Shown: piece after piece, positions 56,636-64,000 of the stretch
Numbering within the stretch: position 1 is the first letter of the stretch
Layout: each line of letters opens with the position of its first letter
Assembly (NCBI GenBank): GCA_047608975.1
Contig: JBLFYM010000003.1
Location: forward strand, 17,869-81,868
Direction: 5' to 3'
DNA length: 64,000 nucleotides
Source: Limisphaerales bacterium
GTDB lineage: Bacteria > Verrucomicrobiota > Verrucomicrobiia > Limisphaerales > JAYPXF01
Position numbers and translations under genes: made by a program
The notes under the pieces: model-generated
Database searches by the model: none
What the model was told of the DNA's origin: nothing
What the model saw: the letters and a program-made list of their open reading frames with translations, nothing else

Positions 56636-59600
56636 TCAGTGCGCCGCGGTGAGGTGCACCACGCCGCTTTGATTCGTGCCGAGGAAGTAACCGGAACGCC
56701 AGTTGGATTTCTGAACCGTGATGCCACGGAACTGAAGGGTCTGACCGGTGAGCGGATGCTGGAACGTTCCAGTCATCACACCGGAGTTGTAGTCGGTCTG
56801 AACGGGAAGATTCATCGCCAGCGGTTCACTTAATCCACCACCGTGGAATTTGGCGGACACATGGGGCCGGGTTGAAGCCGCCGTGGGATCGTAGGTTGAA
56901 CCAAACGCAAATCGACGCGAGGCGAACCCCTTCGGGAAATACTTGTCCGCCGGATCCGCCGGCTTGATCCAGCGCAGATCGCCGTAGAGATCGAGCTTTT
57001 CATCTTTGGCAGCCACGATCCAACCGGTCAGGACACCGCGTCCGCCGTAAAGCGGAATGCTGAGTGGCCAGACACCGGAGCGTGAAACGAATGACTGCTG
57101 ACGAATTGCAGTGCCGTCGGGAAGTTCGCCGGTGAACAGCACCGCGCCGGAAGGCAGGATTTCAATTTTACCGAAACCATCCCCTACCGGACTGTTCCGG
57201 GCGTCCTTCGGACTTGGGATGATCATCGTGTATTTGCCCGGGCTGACCGACGCGGTCAGACCACTGAGATCGCTGCGAAATCCGCCGAGATGTATCGTAG
57301 TGCCATCCCCGGTCATGCTGCCGACGAGGCGATCACTCTTACCACTGGGATCAATTCGAAACGCCAGGACGATCGGTGTCATATTGTTACGCTCGAATAC
57401 CTGCCGGCCTTCGCCCTGCGCGTCGAACCGACCATTCAACGAAGCTTTCACTGCTCCAATTCGAAGGCTGCCTCGAAACGACGCGTCAGCCATTACGTCG
57501 ATTTCAAAGTAACCGGACTGACCGGAGGCAAGCGCCGACTCACCGTGGATCAGACCATTGTACCGCCCGGCAACGAACGGACTCGTATGCGGACGAAATA
57601 CGGCTGTGAGGTTCCGGCTCTCCGACATCACAAAGCGGATTTCAGGTGCGGTCGAACTGTCCCCACGCCAACCCGCAAACTCATGTCCGGGCGCGGGCTC
57701 CGCCATCAGAATAATTGGAGATCCGGGTTCGATCGGGCGATCGGTGAGATCGGGCGTCACGCGACCAGCGCCTTCGGTCGAAACGTTCAGCCGCAATCCC
57801 GCATAGGATGCGCTCCCGCCGGCCGTGGGTGCGGGTGTCGGTCGCCGCCCGGCGGGGGAAACCTTCTCCACCGACTGCTGCACGCCAATCCGTTGCAATC
57901 CTTCCGGCACGAGCCGGGTCGGTTTCATTCCGCGGGTCGGTAGCGGCGCGATGGCGATGGGCGGTTGCGGAAATCCGGGAAGGCGAGAATCGGGAGTCAC
58001 CCCGGGAACCACCGCTGGAACATTGCCCGGAGCGAAGAATGAACCGGCCCCATTAAAAGCGACCCGGGGAAAATTGGTGGAAACACTGCCGTCCAGATTC
58101 ACGCGGTTGCTCGCAATCGCCGGAGGCGCGGTGACCACCGCATCGGGCAAAGATGGAACCGCACTCGGAACGGAAAGAACATTTGCCGAAGGAACGCTGA
58201 CAACCTCCGCTTCGTCTGCGCCGGATCGCCGGCCAAACACGCGACCAAAGGTGCGGGCAAGGAAACCAGAGCGCGTTTTCCGGGCAACCGCGGGGGCGGA
58301 TGCAGTGACCTGTTCCTCGGCGATTGCCTTCGGAACGGAGGCCGGCTGGGCGGATTCCGAAATTACCGGCGCCGGGGGCGGAATCTGAAGGCTCGGATCC
58401 GGATTGAGGGAATTCAATTCGCGAAGATCCTGGGTCAACCACTCGGGTTGTCCGATCAACGGCTGCTCACCAGCCCGGGGCTCTTGGGGCTCGAAGCCAT
58501 TCGCGGACAGGGCCAACTTCGCAGAAGAGCCCATCGCCGAGGCTGTCGAAGTCGTGACACCCTGATTGATCGCCACGGAACCACCGCCGCCACCTTTCAC
58601 CGAATCCGCCAGCTTCTGCTGCATCCGCGCACGTTCAACGCGTGCACTCGCCAGTTCCTCGTTCAAGGACATCAGGTTGGATTGCAGACTTGAAAGTTTA
58701 CGGCCGTAAAGTTTTTCCAATCTCTTCTCCAATTCGGCATCGCTCACGCCACCCGATGCCGCCGCCGCAGTCGGTCCTACGGCAGGTGCCGGCGTTGAAT
58801 CAGCGAGGGTAGTGCCAACGCGCTCGTAATCGCCCACTGCGGCCGCCTCGACGTTGTTCTTAAGATCGGCGTGCTCCTTTCGAGTCTTGGCCAACCCATC
58901 ACGCATCCGACGCATGCGTTCCTCCACCGAATCGAGTTTTGAGTCAAATTCGGTCTTCGGCGCGACCCGGGCGATGATCTCATCCGACGGACTGGGCCTG
59001 ACGCTGTCGGCTTCCGAAAGGAGCTTGGCGATATCGACCACGGGCAAATTGGGATCGACCATCACGGTCGTAGCCGACTCCGTGATCTCCTCAGCCTCGA
59101 TCGGCACGGTGGTTACCGAGGGCACGGCGAGATTATCCGAAAGGTCAATTTCAGCGGAGACCGAACGACTGCTGCTCACTTTAATAAAGGTTTCTGAACT
59201 CGAAGTCGCCGCTGCTTCCTCGACTGAACTCTCAATCGTGGTTTCGGTCACGCTCCCCGCGCTGGAATCAACTGTCTCCTCATGGACATTGCCCGGGTTC
59301 CGCATCCGTTTCCACATACTGACGAAGACCCCGTCTTTCGTAGGTCCTTTGACATACTCGCGAGCAACCCGAGTTTCCTCCGTGGTGACGACGCTGGTGA
59401 ACTCCTGAGGTTCGCCCGGGTGACGTGCCGCCGCCAATTGACTCTCCAACTCGGCAATGCGGGACTCGTAGACCACTTCCTGAGAAGATTTTTGAAAGCC
59501 CGTTGATACAGTCACGACTGGTTGGGTTTTGATTGTCTCGGTGACGGATTGGGTGATCACCGGGCTTCCCGCGTTGACCAGCCGCATCGGCGTGGCCCCG

Positions 59601-61441
59601 CTGGAAGTGAATGAATTCACAGTTACCACCGGTTGAGATGGTGGCATCACTCGCGTTGGAATCGGGGCAACCGGGCGGTCCATTGTAGTAAACTCGGGAT
59701 GAGAATGACCGGAATGACCGGGGGCTATGACAGTCGGAATCACAACCGTTTTGGGAGCGGGTTGAACCGGAACGACCACTGCCGGTGGAATGGAGGCCGC
59801 AGTCACGGCGGTTTTGGAAGATTCCAGAGCCACAACCTTGCTGCTAAGACTTGTAAGCTGCTGTTCCAATCCTGCGATTCGACTTTGATACTCCAGTTCC
59901 CGTGGCGAGGTCACGTATTGGGTCACCACTTTCGGAGCCGGCGCGACTGCTGGCAGGGAACTGGAATCCGCAATCACCACCGACTCGCGGCGATGCGTCA
60001 TCGGCATCATGCGGGAGGTTGTAGAAACCGTCTTCACCTGGGCGATCTGCTGGTTCAGCGCTGCCACTCGTTGTTCCATCTGCGCCTGCCGCGCCTGGTA
60101 GGCCGCTTCCTGCTGCAAACTCAACTCCCGCGTCTCCGTTTCCACCAGATCAGTGCTGGCGAACGCCGGCCGGCCGCCACCGCCGCGCGATGCACTCTGG
60201 GCCGCATCCCCTCGGAACTTGGACCAACTGCCGGGAGCCAAAACAGAATCACCCTGCACGGCATAGAACCGCTGATTCCACGATCCGAAGAAAACTGTAC
60301 CATCCACGCCGATCGCGGGAGAAGCAGTGATCTCCTTGTCCGTTACAAATTCCCACTGCTTGCGACCATCCGAATTCAGTGCGTAGAGACTGTGATCGTA
60401 GGACCCGAAATAGACTGTCCCATCCACCGCGACCGCAGGCGTGGACCGAATGTTGGCGCGCGCAGAGAAAGTCCATTTCTTAAATCCGTCAGGAGCCAGG
60501 GCGTAGAGTTGTTGATCATCGGAACCGATGTAGATCGTTCCGTCAGGTCCGATGGCCGCTGAGCCGCGAACCGCAGCCCCGGTCGCAAACGTCCACTTCT
60601 TCGCGCCACCGGGCGTAACGGCGTAGACATGACCATCAAAACAACCGAAATAAATCGTGCCATCATTTCCAATCGCGGGAGAGGAAATGATCATCTTTGG
60701 CGTCTTGAAGGTCCATTTATGTTTCCCTTCAGCAGAGTAGGCGTGAAGGCGTCCACGGCGTTCGGGAATGTAAATCGTGCCGTCGGATCCGATCGCCGGT
60801 GAGCCAATCACCGCATCTTCGAGACTCAGGTCCCACAACTTGGTGCCATCCGGTCGGACGGCGAAGAATCGATTCAGCTTGGTGCCGAAATAAATCACCC
60901 CCCCCTGCCCGATCGCCGGGGATGACAGGATCGCGGCGTTCGCATTGAAACGCCATCGTTCCACTCCTTGGGGCTCAATCGCATAGAGGTGCGCATCCGC
61001 AGATCCAACGTAAACCGTGCCGTCTGAACCAATCGACGGAGAGGAAACGATAGCTCCTTGGGTGGGGAATTCCCACTTGCCCTGGCCGTTGGAATAAAAA
61101 GCGTACAGTTTTCCGGAATCGGCCCCGAAGTACACAATTCCATTGTGCGTGACCGCCGCCGACGATTGCACCTGCGAGCCCGTGTCAAAGTCCCATACCT
61201 TGGTGCCGGCGGGATGATCGAACGCACTCAACCCGGCAAAGGCCAGGACGGCGACAACCACTGCACTCGACTTCCGTCGATTTCGGAACACAACCGAACG
61301 TAGATTATCTAATTTGAATCGCACTGAATCGGCATCTATTACTCGCGGAAAGCGCCTGTAATTCAAGCATTTATCGGCGCGGCGGCGGCGGGATTGCTTG
61401 GAGGGTGCGCCGGTTGAAGGGTTCAAACGGCGGCCGGTCAA
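56636..61441 (-). CDS. giant (about 1560-1600 aa) anchored protein: 8-bladed PQQ-like beta-propeller, long coiled-coil / low-complexity linker, B-repeat-like module and unknown beta-rich C-terminal domain
   Basis: A single uninterrupted ORF. The track start is the TTG at 61441. The GTG at 61324 gives (M)RFKLDNLRSVVFRNRRKSSAVVVAVLAFAGLSA (signal/anchor) and is the more plausible start. Eight repeats of the form G-x-V/I-Y-F/V-G-S...L-Y-A...G-x-x-K-W-x-F are present. Confidence 0.85.
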   Translation of the reverse strand: MTGRRLNPSTGAPSKQSRRRRADKCLNYRRFPRVIDADSVRFKLDNLRSVVFRNRRKSSAVVVAVLAFAGLSAFDHPAGTKVWDFDTGSQVQSSAAVTHNGIVYFGADSGKLYAFYSNGQGKWEFPTQGAIVSSPSIGSDGTVYVGSADAHLYAIEPQGVERWRFNANAAILSSPAIGQGGVIYFGTKLNRFFAVRPDGTKLWDLSLEDAVIGSPAIGSDGTIYIPERRGRLHAYSAEGKHKWTFKTPKMIISSPAIGNDGTIYFGCFDGHVYAVTPGGAKKWTFATGAAVRGSAAIGPDGTIYIGSDDQQLYALAPDGFKKWTFSARANIRSTPAVAVDGTVYFGSYDHSLYALNSDGRKQWEFVTDKEITASPAIGVDGTVFFGSWNQRFYAVQGDSVLAPGSWSKFRGDAAQSASRGGGGRPAFASTDLVETETRELSLQQEAAYQARQAQMEQRVAALNQQIAQVKTVSTTSRMMPMTHRRESVVIADSSSLPAVAPAPKVVTQYVTSPRELEYQSRIAGLEQQLTSLSSKVVALESSKTAVTAASIPPAVVVPVQPAPKTVVIPTVIAPGHSGHSHPEFTTMDRPVAPIPTRVMPPSQPVVTVNSFTSSGATPMRLVNAGSPVITQSVTETIKTQPVVTVSTGFQKSSQEVVYESRIAELESQLAAARHPGEPQEFTSVVTTEETRVAREYVKGPTKDGVFVSMWKRMRNPGNVHEETVDSSAGSVTETTIESSVEEAAATSSSETFIKVSSSRSVSAEIDLSDNLAVPSVTTVPIEAEEITESATTVMVDPNLPVVDIAKLLSEADSVRPSPSDEIIARVAPKTEFDSKLDSVEERMRRMRDGLAKTRKEHADLKNNVEAAAVGDYERVGTTLADSTPAPAVGPTAAAASGGVSDAELEKRLEKLYGRKLSSLQSNLMSLNEELASARVERARMQQKLADSVKGGGGGSVAINQGVTTSTASAMGSSAKLALSANGFEPQEPRAGEQPLIGQPEWLTQDLRELNSLNPDPSLQIPPPAPVISESAQPASVPKAIAEEQVTASAPAVARKTRSGFLARTFGRVFGRRSGADEAEVVSVPSANVLSVPSAVPSLPDAVVTAPPAIASNRVNLDGSVSTNFPRVAFNGAGSFFAPGNVPAVVPGVTPDSRLPGFPQPPIAIAPLPTRGMKPTRLVPEGLQRIGVQQSVEKVSPAGRRPTPAPTAGGSASYAGLRLNVSTEGAGRVTPDLTDRPIEPGSPIILMAEPAPGHEFAGWRGDSSTAPEIRFVMSESRNLTAVFRPHTSPFVAGRYNGLIHGESALASGQSGYFEIDVMADASFRGSLRIGAVKASLNGRFDAQGEGRQVFERNNMTPIVLAFRIDPSGKSDRLVGSMTGDGTTIHLGGFRSDLSGLTASVSPGKYTMIIPSPKDARNSPVGDGFGKIEILPSGAVLFTGELPDGTAIRQQSFVSRSGVWPLSIPLYGGRGVLTGWIVAAKDEKLDLYGDLRWIKPADPADKYFPKGFASRRFAFGSTYDPTAASTRPHVSAKFHGGGLSEPLAMNLPVQTDYNSGVMTGTFQHPLTGQTLQFRGITVQKSNWRSGYFLGTNQSGVVHLTAAH

Positions 61442-61452
61442 GGTTTGACCGG
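61434..61452. promoter_or_regulatory. perfect 8-3-8 palindrome upstream of (or at) the giant-gene start
   Basis: The sequence is ccggtcaa ggt ttgaccgg. It is flanked by direct gttcaa repeats, lies about 110 nt upstream of the GTG at 61324, and overlaps the TTG at 61441. Confidence 0.3.
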
Positions 61453-61791
61453 GTTCAATTGTGATCCGCCGACGCGAATCAGCCGATCGATTGAAGTCGC
61501 TTTTTACTCGTTGAAACCGGAAGGGGCCCGCACTTGGATGGTCGGTTTCTTGCCGTACAACACGCCGTTGTGTCCGGTGGTATCCAGCTCAGCCGGGACT
61601 GATATGTCCATTATTCCCTTCACACATCAAGTAAGAGAGGTTTTGTATTCATGCTTCCAATTGTTCAGTGCGGGAAATCAGAGGAAGAATGTGGGACAAG
61701 GGTTACCGATTAGAAAGCCTTTCCGCTGAGCCTTATTGCGCAGCAGAACGCGCCCAAGGGCACCCGCGTTGCCGATGAGATTTAATCTCCG

Positions 61792-63678
61792 TTACTTCAC
61801 TGCACGCTGAGTGCCTTCGAGCTGGTTCAACGCGCGATTGATGACTCGGACGGTGTATTTCCCGCCAGCATAGAGACCTTTGCGAGGCTTCAGTGCGGCA
61901 TGCATTTCCTTGATTGCGGGTCGGGCCTGCTCGTCCATCTCATCAAGAACAATCGCGGCATGGAGGCGCTCCCATTGGGCGCCATTGGCGAGTGCGTCAG
62001 TCAGAACTGGAAGCGCTGATCCAGCATCCCCCATTCTCCCCAGGGCACGGGCAGCAGCAACCCGAACAACGACCGAATCATCCTTGAGCGCGCGTTTGAG
62101 ACGGCCCGCCGCTGAAGAGGCTGGCAGGCCGATATTTCCGAGACCGGTGGCGGCCCAGTAGCGAACTGCAGAATCCTCGTCACTCAACGCTTTCAAAAGG
62201 CCACGCATTGCCGATGGGCCACCGGAAGCCAGCACCGCCACATCAGCAACTCGCTTCGATACCGCGTCACCATCGCCATCACGGAGAATGCCGTAGCGAT
62301 GACCGATCCCCTGCTCGCGTTCGGCAATAATGGGTTCGGCGATCAGTCCCAGATCCTTGGTGCGTTTGACCCAGGCCAGGTGCGCGGTGCTCAAGGTCTT
62401 CAGCTGCCCGGCGTATTTCGCGTTGCTCGCGAGATTGTTCAGTTCATGCGGATCGTTCTTGGTGTCGTAGAGCTCTTCCACCGGTTTCGACGGGGAGAAG
62501 TAGTGCTCCGCGGCGGGACTCAATTTGCCGGCGTCATGCAGTCGGCGAAGGTCGGCCATGGTCGCGCCCTTCTCCGGCGTGTTCATGTATTGGTAGAACG
62601 TTTTCAGCGGCTCGTAGTTCCTGATGTATTTGAAGCGCTTGTCCCGGACCATGCGGATGATGTCGTAGCGTTCATCCATCCGATCGCGCGCTCCAAAAAC
62701 AAAGTCGCGCGCCGCCGGCAGATTCGAACCAAGGAACGGACGACCCTGGACATGGGAGGGCACCGGTATACCGGCCAGGTTGATTACTGTCGGCCCGAAG
62801 TCGATGGAGCTGATCAACTGATCCGTCGTCGTCCCGACCTTCCCTTGCCCGCCGATATCAAACTTTCTGGGAATACGAACGATCAACGGAATATGGGTCC
62901 CTGAATCATAGAGCCAGCGTTTCGCCCGCGGCAGGCCAACGCCATGGTCGGTCCAGAAGAAGATGATGGTATTCTCATAGAGCCCATCCTCTTTCAATTG
63001 ATCGATCAAATCGCCAGCCCAGGCATCCATCGCGGTGATCAGCTCATAGTTCCGTTTCCAATCCTCCCGGGCGGCGGGCGTCTCGGGATAATACGGAGGA
63101 AAGGTCGTGAGCTTCTGCGCGTCCTGACGTTGGTCCGGGGTGAGATTTCCAGTCACCTTCTCGTACTTGCCCTGGGATGCGATTCCACTTTCGTGACAGC
63201 CGGTGTAATTGAACACCGAAAAGAAGGGCTGATCCTGGTTCTCACGATTCCGCCAATGTGCACGACCGCCCGACTCATCCCAGGTGTCTTTTGGCGTCTT
63301 GAATTGGTAGTCCTGTTTGGAGTTGTTCGAACAAAAATAACCAGCCTCGCGCAGGTAGGCCGGAAAGGGTCTTACCAACGGCGGCAGCTTGGCTTCGCAA
63401 CGCATGTGATGCGTCCCCAAGGTGGTCTGGTACATCCCGGTGATAATTCCACTGCGACAGGGGGCACAGACCCCGGCGGTGGTAAACGTGCGCGTGTAGC
63501 GGACCGACTCTTTTGAAAAGGAATCCAGATTCGGCGTGATCGCGTGCGGATCTCCGAAGCAACCGATGTGGGCGTTGATGTCCTCAGCTGAAATCCAGAC
63601 GATGTTTGGATGCTTCGCCGCCGGGACGGTGACCGCACTCAGGGTAAAGACGAGCCCCAACAATTGAATCATGCGCAT
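61792..63678 (-). CDS. secreted sulfatase (Cys-type) fused to C-terminal HEAT-like repeats
   Basis: The N-terminus is MRMIQLLGLVFTLSAVTVPAAKHPNIVWISAED and the active-site motif is CAPCRSGIITG. The C-terminal 170 aa carries VRYWAATGLGNIG, VVVRVAAARALGRMGD and ERLHAAIVLDEM. Confidence 0.9.
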   Translation of the reverse strand: MRMIQLLGLVFTLSAVTVPAAKHPNIVWISAEDINAHIGCFGDPHAITPNLDSFSKESVRYTRTFTTAGVCAPCRSGIITGMYQTTLGTHHMRCEAKLPPLVRPFPAYLREAGYFCSNNSKQDYQFKTPKDTWDESGGRAHWRNRENQDQPFFSVFNYTGCHESGIASQGKYEKVTGNLTPDQRQDAQKLTTFPPYYPETPAAREDWKRNYELITAMDAWAGDLIDQLKEDGLYENTIIFFWTDHGVGLPRAKRWLYDSGTHIPLIVRIPRKFDIGGQGKVGTTTDQLISSIDFGPTVINLAGIPVPSHVQGRPFLGSNLPAARDFVFGARDRMDERYDIIRMVRDKRFKYIRNYEPLKTFYQYMNTPEKGATMADLRRLHDAGKLSPAAEHYFSPSKPVEELYDTKNDPHELNNLASNAKYAGQLKTLSTAHLAWVKRTKDLGLIAEPIIAEREQGIGHRYGILRDGDGDAVSKRVADVAVLASGGPSAMRGLLKALSDEDSAVRYWAATGLGNIGLPASSAAGRLKRALKDDSVVVRVAAARALGRMGDAGSALPVLTDALANGAQWERLHAAIVLDEMDEQARPAIKEMHAALKPRKGLYAGGKYTVRVINRALNQLEGTQRAVK

Positions 63679-63736
63679 GGCGGCAAGATGCGACCCCGCG
63701 GCCGCCGAGGCGATTCAAATTCCAGCCCGCCACAGT

Positions 63737-63997
63737 TCACTGCAATGCCGCCGGATCGCCTTTCCAAATCATGCGGACAGAATCCAGCCGAAGGCGGGCA
63801 TTCTTCAGCGCTTCGCTGAGTTGCTTCTGCTGTTCGGTGGCCAATCCGATCTCTTCGGGTCGCACGTGGTCGTTGACTTTGGCCAGCGTCTGCAGGCGGG
63901 CGAGGTCGTGCCCGGTCAGATGCATCATCTGGCTGAGGCTTTCAGTGCGGATCCGATCCGCCATGGATTCCGCGGACTTGTTCGCTGCCGCCAGCAT
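63737..63997 (-). CDS. hypothetical protein, probably the C-terminal part of a gene that continues beyond the right edge
   Basis: The frame is still open at 64000. The translation is helical and Q/L-rich (LATEQQKQLSEALKNARLRL). No firm family assignment is possible. Confidence 0.4.
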   Translation of the reverse strand: MLAAANKSAESMADRIRTESLSQMMHLTGHDLARLQTLAKVNDHVRPEEIGLATEQQKQLSEALKNARLRLDSVRMIWKGDPAALQ

Positions 63998-64000
63998 GCG

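Noticed and set aside
59633-60562. 309-aa plus-strand ORF and other ORFs inside 56636-61441.
   Set aside because: They are antisense to or out of frame with the giant gene, whose propeller repeats identify the coding frame.
1-64000. Search for tRNA, rRNA, tmRNA, RNase P and SRP RNA signatures, CRISPR repeats, transposases, integrases, toxin-antitoxin pairs or defence-system genes.
   Set aside because: No conserved RNA motifs were found in the spacers (for example a T-loop GGTTCGAATCC in a non-coding context, or an RNase P GAGGAAAGTCC). There are no regularly spaced direct repeats and no recombinase- or nuclease/ATPase-type ORFs. The only TTCGAATCC-like word lies inside the DUF1501 gene.

Overview
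This is a densely coding 64-kb chromosomal segment with moderately high GC and about 50 genes on both strands. The gene content looks like the PVC superphylum, most like Verrucomicrobiota. That assignment is inference from gene families only: a DUF1501 + PSCyt/DUF1549/DUF1553 pair, three Cys-type sulfatases plus a sulfatase fragment, LamG and PQQ-like beta-propeller secreted proteins, ThuA, GSDH and many signal or TAT peptides. Housekeeping genes (serS, glgA, uvrC, dinB, rpoN, ubiE/menG, pilC, a Fur-family regulator, a LOG-family protein) are interspersed with secreted hydrolases. I saw no rRNA, tRNA, CRISPR array, transposase, integrase or phage genes. The ORF track uses alternative start codons and the longest ORFs, so I trimmed many starts to internal ATG/GTG codons that expose signal peptides or canonical N-termini. 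One long gene (1-2059, minus) is missing from the track because it runs off the left edge. Six things deserve a second look. (1) An exonuclease + ATP-dependent-ligase-like pair in which the ligase homologue lacks the motif I lysine and other nucleotidyltransferase residues. (2) A compact type III PKS - methyltransferase - flavoprotein operon. (3) A 1601-aa anchored beta-propeller / coiled-coil / B-repeat giant protein. (4) A family of intergenic arrays of degenerate NNNYCAA heptamers, two of which are about 80 percent identical in inverse orientation. (5) A shortened MoaD/ThiS-like GG-terminal mini-protein translationally coupled to an unknown membrane protein. (6) Several decaying genes: two in-frame TAGs, one frameshift and a sulfatase fragment. 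All homology statements come from reading motifs by eye. No database search was run.
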